NCBI GenBank assembly: GCA_905178155.1
Contig: CAJINV010000016.1
Coordinates: forward strand, 644,259-708,258
Direction of reading: 5' to 3'
From: Amoebophrya sp. A120
Lineage: Eukaryota; Protista; Dinoflagellata
Length of the DNA stretch: 64,000 nt
In this document: positions 11,687-23,173 of the stretch, piece after piece
Layout: every line of letters begins with the position of its first letter
Numbering within the stretch: position 1 is the first letter of the stretch
Translations under genes and position numbers: made by a program
The notes under the pieces: generated by a model
Database searches by the model: none
Told to the model about the DNA's origin: nothing
The model's input: only the letters and a program-made list of their open reading frames with translations

Positions 11687-14600
11687 ATGGTGCGTTATTT
11701 TCGTCGTTCACTCCTCGTCCTCGCAGTGTGCTATCCGACGTCCGTGGTTTCCGCTGCGAAAACAGCAGCAGACGAGGATGATTCGCCTTCTCCGGCACCG
11801 TCCGTCTATCCCAACCCAGACCCGCCGCTGTTCCTCAACTTCGACTGCTCCCGGCTCCGGAACGGCACGGCGACCAGCATGGAGGGCCTGGGGTCCCTCT
11901 TCCGGGAGGTCCGCGGTACCCGGGTGTTCGCGAATCTACTTGGGCTAGAACCGCTGGAAACCGTACCCGCGGCGGGCCACGGCGGGGACTGGGAAGCGAG
12001 CCGGGCCTACTTTGGGAGTCTGATCAAGAAAGAGAACAAGGAACTGCTGAAAGACGCGCTGCGGAATTCGACTTCTCTCCACATCTACGACGATTTGCGC
12101 AGAATCTTCGCGCAGCTCCGAACCAGTGGGTATAAGGCGCAGAAAACGGTGGGGAAATTCACGATTTTCTCCAACGCAATCCGGCCGGACGAAGTAGAGC
12201 AACTGATTGAATGGCTCGGCGGCAGCACGTACGGACAAGCGCACAACAAATTTCTGCCGCAGTGCTCGACGAAGGAACTACCCACAACGCCAAAGAAGAA
12301 AAAATCATCAGCTGATCATGCGAAAGCTCCAGAAACAAAGCACCCGTCGGAACTGTGTCGTGAAAAGGTTCTCCGCGCGTCCCGCATGGAGCGGTTGCTT
12401 CCCCGGATCCAAGAACTCCGTATCAAATGTAAAAATGTCTGGGTCTGGAAACTTGTGATGCTGGGTGGCGCATCATGATGAGGCTCCAAATGCTGGCTCA
12501 GCATGACAAGTTTCTGAGCTCCTCGGTGTTGCCTATTCCGCATGACAAACTGCGCTTCTGCATCACAGAAAAACGAAGCTCTTGGGAAACGTGCATGACA
12601 GATTTAACAGTCATGCCAGACAAGCATGACAAACATGAATTCTTCCCGACCCAGACATTTTTACATTTGATACTCCGCGAAGCGGCGCGAAAATCCGGCA
12701 ACGTCGGCATTCTCAACCTCGTCAGCGACCGGTGCCCGGCGCTCATGTGGAACGGCGCGGCGCCGCCGGAAGTGGACGAAGAGTTGCGGGTAGCGGTGCA
12801 CCGCGCGCGGAAGAAGGAGAAGAAAATCATCGAGGCAAAGTCTTCGATCAAACGGGGCAAACTCCGCTTCTCCATCGCGATTCACATCCGGATGGGCGAT
12901 TTGCTGCAGAATGTGCTGTCCTGGACGGGGAAGAAACAACGCGAAGCGGTGACTGTGGTATGCAATTTGCAAGAGTATCGTGCTACGACGTAGGGATTGC
13001 ATGACAATGAATTTTCTTTTCAGAATCCAGAATGGAATGAGTCGTGCGGAATCAGGACAGCGAAAGCACATCTGTCATGCGTGGCCGCAGTTCGTACGCC
13101 TAGTACGATGCTCTTTTGCACTGCATACGCAAGTACGGATAACAAGAGTAAGCCACTGACCGTGACGACGGAGGACGTTTTCGAGACGCTGGAACGAAGC
13201 AAAATGATCTATCCACACCAAATTTATTTCTTCCGAACACACAAATGCGGACCAAGCATGACAAAGGTTCATTCTCGATGCTATTCAGCATGACAAATGC
13301 TCGAGTTTGGGATAATCCTTTTTATGCATTGTTGCACGTGCTGTAAGTAGGAGGGAACAACAAGTTTGTATTGCATATCCTCGACGAGGACACCATGACT
13401 CGCATGAAGAAGACGCACTTCCTATCCTATTTAAAAACGTCCCCACCCCATAGTTGTAATGCAAATCTGCATGCTGAAAATGTTTCTCATGCGGAGCCCC
13501 ATGATCTGGTAACCAAATGCGTGCGCGCGCGCGCGCAGAGCGCGCGCCGGCCCACGAAGCCGGCGCGCGCGCTCTGCGCGCCTGCGATATTGCTTTAGCA
13601 AACGCAGCGCGAAGGCAGTTGCCGTTACCATATAGGGCAACCGCCGGGAGGCGTGAAGGTCAGGGAAATGGCCAGAAATGAAGCGGGAGAAAGGAAAAAA
13701 AGCGGACCAGATGGGAAAATGGCCAGGAGGTCAAAAATGTCGCAATAACGGCAGAAACCAAGCGGGAGAAGGTGAAAAAAGAGCACTTTTGCGGTCTGGC
13801 CCACTTCGTATCTGAAAAAGAGACGGACTATTTTTTGCTCCGCCCGCTGGCCAGCTGCGTTGGAGAAGCAGGCCCGCGACCTGTTCGGAAGCCTTGGGTC
13901 GCTTCGTAACTGGAAAAAGTTGGAAAAAAATGGCAAAAAATTGCTTCATAACGTGGGTGGAAGCAATCGTCGGACTTTGTGCAAATCACCCGGGCCACTT
14001 GGAAAATGGGAAAAGATGAAAAATTGCGCAAAAGCGCAATCCCTTCGCAGGCTTCAAAACTGCCACCCAGGTGCGGGCGGCGAAAATGTCCAGGCCGCCC
14101 GGGCCACTTGGAAACCAGAAAAAGATGAAAAATTGCGCGAAAGCGCAATCCCTCCGCAGGCTTCAAAACTGCCAGTCAGCTGCGGTCGGTGAAAATGTCC
14201 AGGTCGCCCGGGCCACTTGAAAACCAGAAAAAGAAAAAAAAATGCGCAAAAACGCAATCCCTCCGCAGGCTTCAAAACTGCGAGGCAGCTGCGGTCGGTG
14301 AAAATGTCCGGAGCCCTTCGGCCACATAGAAACTTGAAAAAAAAGGAAAAATTGGCAAAAGTTGAGAACCCCCGGCAGGCTTACAAACTGGCCACCAAGG
14401 GCGGTCCGGCGGGCGCGCGCTTGCGCCATACCATCGCGATTGGGGAAAAAAAAATGCATTAGAAGCGGGCGGAGGCATGTCCCAAAATCCACGCTTGCTC
14501 TGGGTTGTGGGCACCAATTCGGGACCTCCGCCGCGTCTGAAATGCCCGACTTTGGTGGCCCAGCAGGGTCCGCGGGTTTGTGGTTTCGCACATACCTTCC

Positions 14601-16385
14601 TGGCCAGGGGGCCAGTTTGTCATGCAGGGGGCTAGAAAGGATGCCCCGCTGCGAAATAGCAGACCGGATCTCGCCTGCAATGCTTATCGCAGGAGCCTGC
14701 GGGCCGCCGCGGGCTCCACCACTTCCCCGCGGCCCTTCTGGCCAGGGGGCCAGTTTCTCACGCAGGGGGCTTGGAGAAGAAGTAGTGGGACTGTAATCAA
14801 AAACAAATAGCGCCAAAGCGCGGCCCGCAGGGCCGCGTTTTCGCCGCGCGGCTGGTTAGGCTTTCGCGCTGGTTAGATTTTCGCGCACGCATTTGGTTAC
14901 CAATATCGCCCTCCGGGCGCGACCTTCATTAGCATTTTCTAATCGTGTTTTGCAATTTGTCATGCTCCAATCAGCATGGTATGCTAGATCTGTGATGCTG
15001 CTGAGCTAGCTCAAACAGCACTACACTACGAATGCAAATTTGTCATGTAAAACAGCCAAAACTTGTGGATTTGTCTAGCCGATTCCCCATCTTGACTATG
15101 GTGTGGGGACGTTTTTACTCAGGATACTTCCTCGACAAGTGTGCCATCCGGCACATCCTAGTCGCGTCGCACGGACGGGAAAGCGAGAAGTGCCAGAAGA
15201 AGGCGGCGGAGCGGCGGCACGCCCCGTTTCTCAAATACCCGGTCGCGTATTTTCAAAAAGTGTTGAAAAGTCTGTTCCAAGACGTCCCGGTGCTGTCGAT
15301 TGGGCTGATGGAGAAGACCGTCGACATTCACATTTTCTCGGACGCGCCCGAAGAGTGGTTCCAGTCGTTCAAAGCGGCGTACTATCAAATGCAAAAATGT
15401 CTGGGTCTGGAAGAATAACTTGTGATGCGCATTTCAGAACATAGAAAAATCTCTAATGCATAGGCAGCAAAAATTGCCCACTTTCTGTCACCAAAGTGGG
15501 GGGCTTGTCATGCGGATTCGGCATTGCGGAAGCTTCTCGAAACCTGTGATGGTAGAGCTTCCATGCCAGATCTTCTGCGTCATGCAAAAACAGCATGAGT
15601 CTTCCAGACCCAGACACTTTCACATTTGATACGTACGGCGCGGAGGTGGTTACTGTGCACGGGGACGGAGACGGGAAGTCGTTGTTGATCGGAGAGGAAG
15701 TAGCGGTTGACGGGGAAAATGAGGGTGATCAGGACGAGAGCACGAAGATCCAAAAAACGAAAACTCTCCCGGCGGACTTGGACCATTTAATTTTTTCCGA
15801 CATTCTGATTTACGGTGAGGGCAACCTCGGCCGGCTCGCCGCGTTTCTGAACCCGGACGGGATCAAGTTGCAGGCACCGTGCGGGCGGACCGGAAACGTG
15901 GAGGGGGATATGGTGGTGAACGTGCAAAAGAACGGGGAAATTCCCGAGGGGGAAAAAATCAACGACAAGTTCTCGGTCATGCTGAAGAACAAGATGGGCA
16001 GTAGCGGTGTCACGATGAATCAGCGAGGTAAGGTATCCTGTGCGAAAACGTCCCCACCCCATAGTTGTAATGCAAATCTGCATGCTCAAAATGTTTCTCA
16101 TGCCGAGCCCCATCATGACATACATTTTCTAGTCGTGTTTCGAGATTTGTGATGCTCCAACTAGTATGCTATGCTAGATCTGTGATGCTTCTGAACTAGC
16201 TAGACAGGATTACCGTACGAGGCCAAACTTGTCATGCGCAACACCCAAAGCTTGTCGATTTGTCTAGCAGATTTCCCATCTTGACTAAGGGGTGGGGACG
16301 TTTTTGCTCAGGATATAAGGGACAGGTGCCCCGCCGGGGAAAGGAGACGATTATGCGCCCGGAGAAGATCAAAACGGAGTTGTGA
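11687..16385 (+). CDS. Putative secretory/ER fucosyltransferase-like GT-B protein (GT11/GT23/O-FucT-type motifs) with C-terminal KTEL
   Basis: Signal-peptide-like N-terminus (SLLVLAVCYPTSVVSA); motifs SIAIHIRMGD, IHIFSDAPEE and DLDHLIFSDILIYGEGNLGRLAAFL; removing the last introner gives ...PEKIKTEL-stop. Confidence 0.7.
12421..12672. mobile_element. Introner, family A
   Basis: TIR TATCAAATGTAAAAATGTCTGGGTC; DR CTCCG; joins IQEL|REAAR. Confidence 0.93.
12959..13127. mobile_element. Degenerate introner (G-like)
   Basis: TATGCA...TGCATA ends; DR decayed (TGTGG/CGCAA); removing element plus 5 nt keeps the frame. Confidence 0.65.
13210..13377. mobile_element. Degenerate introner
   Basis: TATCCA...TGCATA ends; DR TGATC/TCCTC; internal GCATGACAA motifs; frame kept. 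Confidence 0.6.
13505..14930 (+). mobile_element. Nested non-autonomous element with asymmetric inverted repeats, 3' hairpin and internal 109-bp tandem repeats
   Basis: 21-bp IR TGGTAACCAAATGCGTGCGCG (13507-13527 / 14882-14902), then hairpin CGCCC-TCC-GGGCG and a short tail; host introner sequence resumes at AGCATTTTCT. Confidence 0.78.
13985..14390. repeat. About 4 copies of a 109-bp tandem repeat
   Basis: CCCGGGCCACTTG...CGCAGGCTTCAAAACTG recurs at about 13989, 14098, 14207 and 14316. Confidence 0.88.
15383..15631. mobile_element. Introner, family A
   Basis: Family A TIR; DR CGTAC; joins KAAY|GAEV. Confidence 0.92.
16034..16315. mobile_element. Introner, family B
   Basis: Family B TIR; DR TAAGG (allows a canonical GT-AG reading). 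Confidence 0.92.
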
Positions 16386-17852
16386 AGAGGGGAAAGAAGG
16401 AAGAAATAATGTTCATTTCGGAATTTCAGGCGAAGATAACGGCGCTCGGAAGTTTATCTGAGCTATCGCCATTATGGAAACTAGCAGAAACCGAGGTGCG
16501 CTGCGCTTGCACTTTCATACCAGGAAAAAAAGCGCAGGCGAAGTACAATTTTCAGAACTTTGTACATGATTTTGCAGGGGGGTAAAATTCCTAGAATGAA
16601 TTCTGAGTTTCTACGAAAAGCGGAGCTTTGACAGCACAGCTGAAGCTTGACTGTACTATGGCTCCTCTCTCTGCTGTTGCTTCTTGACTGGAATTTGTAT
16701 TAAGACAAAGCAATCGTCAGCTTCGTACTTCATTGTCGTCGTGTCGCCACACGAGAGCGAGTCTTCGGAGGGTGAGAGCGTCGTCTTGGTCTAGTCATTT
16801 TGATCTGCCACCGCGTGATATTTTGGTCGAATTGATTTGTGTAGCCAACGAGAGCTCGGAGGAAGGGATTGTTCGTTCATTTCGTTCAGGGACGGAAAGA
16901 ATCAATATCCCCTCTACATGCTTTGAATTTTCAACTCGCTACTTTGTCTTTGTCTGTCACGCTTCCTTTCATCACAGTTGCGGTTTCAAAATTTCAGATC
17001 GACAACAAGCTCGATCTTGCTAAATACAAAAATGAACCCGATAAAATTCGAGAACTTCTGATAGTTTAATCAGAGATATCATCACCGCTCGCTCCTACCT
17101 CCGCGAGCAGCACCGACGAGACTTGAATACCAGTGCAGCACAAAAATTTTTGTACGCTGCTAAAGAGAACTCCAACCGGCTTCAGCGGTACCGGTGCTCC
17201 TTCTGTAGTAGCTCAACGGGCTTGAGCAGATTGTTACTACGCTGCGCGACTCATTTTCCAGCAGACCAGACGACAGGCGACAGTGTGTGTTGACGCGATT
17301 ACGTTGAGGGCGGTATCTTGAAGCGATTACGTCCGCTATCCCCCTTCAAGTTCAACTACATCGTGCGACGGCCAACTGTTTCGGAACTACGCTAGCAGAA
17401 GGGAGGCACAGCCGCAGAAAATAGAACTTCGGCGGAAAGCAAAGCGTCGGTTTTCCTACAACTATCGAGAAGCTGTACTGCAGGCGGGACCCGGCTGCCG
17501 CTGTGTGTTGATCAAACACGACAAAAACTGTCCGTTCTTGTGGCAAGACCAAGAAGGACCTGCATTTCCTACTCGCAACCAGTGCACTTTCGGTGGATCA
17601 TCATCCAGGTGTAAAGTTCTCGTGGTCTAACATCAAACTGTGATCAATAACGAGCAGATGGAAGGAACAAGAACACGGGAAAATAAGCAACACCAACAAC
17701 ATCCGGATAGACGTAGAATCTTCTCGAGGTAAGAAGATAAAAACTAGAAAAGATACAGGAGCAACCACTTCTCGACAACTGCGTGGAACAGAACAGAATC
17801 AAAAGCAGCTTTCATCTACTTCCACAACCAGCGCTACAAGCACTGCCACAAG

Positions 17853-20800
17853 ATGCACAAGTACAAGCTGCTTTCGAAGAAGGGTGAGGGTACCTTTTCC
17901 GAGGTGCTGAAATCCCAGTCAATAAAAACCGGACGGTACGTATCCTTAGTGAAAACGTCCTCACCCCAGAGTTGTCGTGCAAGTTTCGATGCCCACAACG
18001 TTTTTGTAGTGCGCAGCAACATGAGAGGTTTTTTCCCATGGTGTTTTGCAATTTGTCATGCTATTATCAGGATCAGGTAAGTAGTAGTTTTCTGATGCGG
18101 CTGCACCAGCTAAGCTGCACTGCACTACAGAGAGAAACTTCTCATGCGCGACTCCCAAAGCTTCTGGTTTTCTGTTGCACATTCCCCATCTTCACTACAG
18201 GGTGGGGACGTTTTTACTCAGGATAGTGCGTGGCCATAAAATGCATGAAGAACCGGTTCGAGTCCATCGATCAGGTCAACAACCTGAGGGAAATCCAGGC
18301 GTTGAGGAGGTTACAGGGCCACGCAAATATTATCCACAGTGAAGATTTTTTTCCGTACACGAACTTCCTTGCACATGCGATGATGATGATGATGATGAAA
18401 AACAAAGCTGTGTTTGTTTACCAACCAGATTTGACATGATTGTACCGGTTGGCAAAAATTTGTGATGCATTTTGCAAGAGTGCGGCAAATTTCTACTGCA
18501 TAAATATCATCACACTCCACGAAGTGCTGTATGACGAACCAACGGGGCGACTAGCACTGGTCTTTGAGTTGATGGACATGAACCTCTACGAGCTGATCAG
18601 GGGGAGAAGGTAATTTGTGTTGCAAGAAATGCGACCTGTAACCCGATTTGTCTTGCATTAATGGAGAACTACTGAAGATAAAACACTAACTTACTATCTA
18701 TCAGGCACTACGTTCCGGAAGAGAAAGTGAGAACGTTCATGCGATCACTACTACGCGCTCTGGATCACATGCACCGAAACGGGATTTTCCATCGAGACGT
18801 GAAGCCAGAAAACTTGCTGCTGCAGGAAGACACCCTGAAATTAGCAGACTTAGGGAGTTGTCGAGGTGAAAAGTAGTTTTATTTTTTGCGATCATGATGT
18901 TCTTGCATAGGTGCAGAGCGCATGACAAAAATCCATAGAATTTGTCTTGCATTTATTGTACTATGATGCAAATATTATTTAACTCGCAGGTATATATTCC
19001 CGACCACCCTACACGGAATACATCAGTACAAGGTGGTATCGTGCACCCGAGTGTCTTATGCATTGCAAAAATGTCTGGGTCTGGAAGGATGCAACTTGTC
19101 ATGCTAAGTCTGGATAGTACAAAAATTTGTGTTGCATGATTACCAAAAGGTGTCCACGTTTGAACAAGATTAGCGGCAGTTTGTCATGCAGGACAGACAT
19201 GATAGAGACTTCGCAGAACCTCTCATGCTAGGTGCTGCATTGCAGACCTCGGGGGGCATGAAAAACATGCATGGCAAGTTTGCATTCTTCCAGACCCAGA
19301 CATTTTTACATTTGATATGTCTGCTTACAGACGGATTCTACTCCTACAAAATGGACCTCTTCGCGGCGGGGTGTGTGTGGTTCGAGGTATGATTTAAAGT
19401 ACATTTTTCTTCGGTAAAAATATAATTTTTGTATACCGCAACAAACATTTTGATCCGCTTGAAATGAAATTCCTTCTCGCAGCATGATGCACCAACATGA
19501 GATTTGTTTTCGGTTAAAAAGAAAAAACCTGCTCCCCCACAGGTTATGGCTCTGTTCCCGCTGTTCCCCGGGCAAAATGAGATGGATCAGCTGCAGAAAA
19601 TACACGGCATTCTCGGCACGCCGAACGAGGAGGTGCTGCGAAAATTCAAGCTCAATTCCGATGTGGCCTTTCCGGAAAAGAAGGGCACGGGGATCGACCA
19701 CTTGATACCCCACGCGAGTTTGGACGTGTTATCCGTGCTGAAAAAGTTACTGCGATACGACCCGGAGGAAAGAATAACAGCGAGGCACGGGTATAAGTAT
19801 GGATGAATTTTGTCATGCAGAGCGTGCAGTAGAAAACTTCGTGGTGGACGGATTCAAACAGTATTCAAAATTTATCATGCGCAAAATCTGGGAATGATGG
19901 AATGCTTGTTTATGCACCGAATTAATATACCAACACACATGATCACCCAGGTTGCTTTCCCCCTACTTCGAAGAGGTCCCAGAGCGCACGGTGCCACTGC
20001 ACACGAACAGCATCGAGCAAGCACCGACGAGCACATTCTGTATTCATAAACTCTTATTTGCTCTATGTATGTTGTATGCATCAGAAGTGATGTCTGTCAT
20101 GCGGGAGCGACAGTCCTATACGACAATCCTATATTTGAAAACAAACCATCAGATCGCACGGGCGGTAACCAGTCCACGGTGTCAGACAACCACGATACAG
20201 ACCGACACCACGAAAGCACACACCATGCTATCACCGGGATAGTTTTTGAAAATTTGTAAATGCATAATCGGTTTTAATATTGCATGATGGCATTATTGTT
20301 AATTGAGGAAACCACAAGGACAACCAGGATAATTCCATGGAAAGTACTCATCATTTTATGCATTATGCATTACAGAAAAACTGTCCAAATTTTCATATCC
20401 ACAAAGGACCAGGCGCAGGCGAAAACAAATCTCCCACCAATCCATGCCAAGAACTACGAAAGAGAAGAATCTGACACTCGGAGTCAATTGTAGGTACTAG
20501 GCCTCTCTGCCAAAAAGGTTTGTAGTCCTCTCCATTGATGCACGAAAGGATGAAACACATCGCAAAAATTGACTCCAATCCGAGTTTCTGTTGCATACTT
20601 GCCAAACCAAGCACATGAAGCCGTTTAAGTTCAAACCGAAGAACTTCGGGTTGCACAGTACCATGAGCGGGTTCGGGGGGAACTACGGGATATCCAGTGT
20701 AAAAGTATCGAAGTCGCTCGTACTACACTAGTTGCAATTTCATTCGTGACAGAAGTGTGTTGCGGTTTCTGAATTATCCGCATGTCAATTTTCATTTTTC

Positions 20801-20965
20801 GTTTTGGAAAATGAATTTCTCCAATTCGTATGAATGCAATTGATTGTACTGCAAGTGCGATACTTTTGCAATGCATACGGGAACACCGGTGGCAATGCGT
20901 ACCTGTCCGGAATGAACGCAACGATGCACAAATCCAAGTTCTTCAAGAAGAGCAGCATGCGATAA
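17853..20965 (+). CDS. MOK: MOK/RAGE (LF4-like) CMGC Ser/Thr kinase
   Basis: [100 protein letters not shown]; mixes introners with GT-AG introns (18610-18704, 18866-18989, 19387-19542, 19791-19950); C-terminal exons less certain. Confidence 0.92.
17941..18225. mobile_element. Introner, family B
   Basis: Family B TIR; DR GTACG/GTGCG; joins GRY|VAIK. Confidence 0.92.
18331..18502. mobile_element. Degenerate introner
   Basis: TAT...ATA ends; DR AATAT; joins HANI|ITLHEV. Confidence 0.82.
19057..19317. mobile_element. Introner, family A
   Basis: Family A TIR; DR TGTCT; joins RAPEC|LLTDG. Confidence 0.94.
20691..20877. mobile_element. Introner, family G
   Basis: TIR core AAAAGTATCG; DR CGGGA. 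Confidence 0.85.
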
Positions 20966-23173
20966 TTGTCCGGGGGCTTTTGCATCACAGATTTGGAGGA
21001 CACTGTCTTGCTTGTTCGTCTAAAACGCTAGTCGTGTCACAGTACTACGTAATGTGATGAACAGAGTGATTTTATTCACGATTTTATCAAGCAAAAACCT
21101 GTACTTACGATGGAGAATAGTCAGTCTCGCACGACACTGCTCATGACACGTGCTTTGGAAGCGTCGAACATCAATCGTCGAGACTCGAACTCCTCAATGC
21201 TATCTCAGAAACGCAAGAAAATTCCGTGTGAAAACCTATAACACCAATATAGTCTTCTGACAATCGTATTCGTCAATATTATGGAAAAATCAATCGAATT
21301 TGCAATGCCAAACTCAGAAACGCTTTTAATTAATCCACAAGATGTTAACGCGACCTATACCTCTAGTACGGACATATCAAAACCTGAAACTTTATTCTGA
21401 CACTTCACCAAGAGGAAACAAGTAATAGCCTAAAAGCTTAAACTCTTATAGCTCACGCTTTGTAACCTATGATCTTCTTCGCCACGGCCGTGGGGTCTTA
21501 GCCGTAGCAAGATAAAAACCTATGCAATAAATCACGCTTGTTCTAAAGCCTGGCACGCTGTTGTAGTACTTGTACTTACTTCTACCCAAGAAGATATCTA
21601 TACCACTCGAGTTCAGCATCAAAGTGCAAGTGGTAGGAAAGTTTTTGCTAGCAGCAACAGGAGTGTCGGAGTGCTTGCTTCTAGAACTTCGATCAAATAA
21701 TGGACACTTGGATCATGAAAACGCAGAAACGTATACAACTCGCGACAGAGGAGAAGGCGTAAGATATGGCACTTCAACTCGAGGACATTAGGTGTGACGT
21801 CCGGTCGCTGAGCTGTCGGAAAAAAAGAACTTCTTCACGAAGACTAATGATCCAAACACTTCTTCTAATGCGCGGCGATTTAATATCGAAAAGGAGGAAA
21901 GAAATAACGCGAGGTGACCACGAACTGCTTCTGCTGCTGTGATGTAGTTGTTGTGTATACAAGAGTTTTGGAAAGTTAGAAATCTCAGGGCCTGGAGTTC
22001 TGTACAGATCTGCCTGCAACAACCCTGCGGCAGAAGTTGCAAGGCTTTCTGGATACAGGCGCGCAACTACCTGGTGAACACGATGCGAGTCAGCTGGTTG
22101 TTTCGTGCGGGTTTATCAAAAATCTTGTGTTCGTCTTCCCCGATGTGTGGTCCTCACGTTGATGTCTAACTGGTTTTAATGTTCTCGTTGTTTGAAAAGG
22201 AATTGCTGTTCTTGATGCTGCTCGCAAAATATGATCCTAGCCGACCTGCGTTTCGTGCGGAAGGTAACATCAAGCTTGTTGAACTTTGAAATCGCTCGTC
22301 CTGGTCAACGAAACAAGAAGACGATCCCAAGGTGGTTGTAAACGCTGGTTAAGAATTGCGCGGTTCTGTACGAACAATCAAAATTTCTACCATTGTAAAG
22401 AAGGCTACGGCGCAACAAGGCAAATGAGAATTGCACTGCTCTAGACTTTTGCGAGGAATGCAGTTCTTTCACTGCAAAAAAAATGACCACCTCGTCCAGA
22501 GAAGGGGAAAAGCAGATCCAGCCAGTTGGGGTGGGTCGCGTGGCCGTCCTCGGTTCTTGCGCGGCACGAACAAAAATGCGCTTCTCCCAAAAGAACCGCG
22601 GCCCAAGTATCCGGGGGAGGACCGGGGAAAGGCAGACGAAACCGCTCAGAGCTAGATCAAGTGGTGACGTAATGTTCACTGCATTACGACGGTAAAAAGA
22701 GGAAAGCAGAGTTGTACAAAGACCACCGCCGGCGGAGCATAATGATGAGCGGAAATAAGACCACCAGCACCGCCAAGGACCGTAGTCTGCTGTGGTCGCT
22801 CCGCGGTGCGGCGGTTATTTCTGCGTGTCACAAAAGGTGGAGAAGGAGATCATCATCGTGGGCACAAAAAAAGCGGCTCCTTTTGGGGCGGTGCGACAGG
22901 GAGGTATTCTTTCACGTTGGTGTCGAGACAACCGGGGATCCAGACAAAAAATATTCAGCGGCGCAAATAAGCCGCGATGCACCGGCGGAGCTTTCGCCGC
23001 AGTCACCAAGTGAGCCACGAATTATACGAAAGACAAGAAGAAGCAGAAGTCGCATCAGGGATAAACTGGTTCGTTTTCCTGGTTCTCTTCGATTATACAC
23101 GCTTGTAGCTGCACCGGGCAGGAGGGTCAAAGAGCATCAAGGACGACGAGAGCTACCACCCGCAGCGACCACC

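Larger units (their letters stand above)
13423..15126. mobile_element. Introner, family B, enlarged by a nested insertion
   Basis: TIR TATCCT...TAAAAACGTCCCCAC; DR CTTCC; joins KTHF|LDKC. Confidence 0.9.

Noticed and set aside
17853-20965. Interrupted genes as transposon-killed pseudogenes
   Set aside because: Catalytic motifs are intact and frames are restored at each traced insertion, including very decayed ones, which implies continued selection.
21495-21520. Dinoflagellate spliced-leader relic (CCGTAGC...)
   Set aside because: Only 7 nt match; the CATTTTGGCTCAAG portion is absent.
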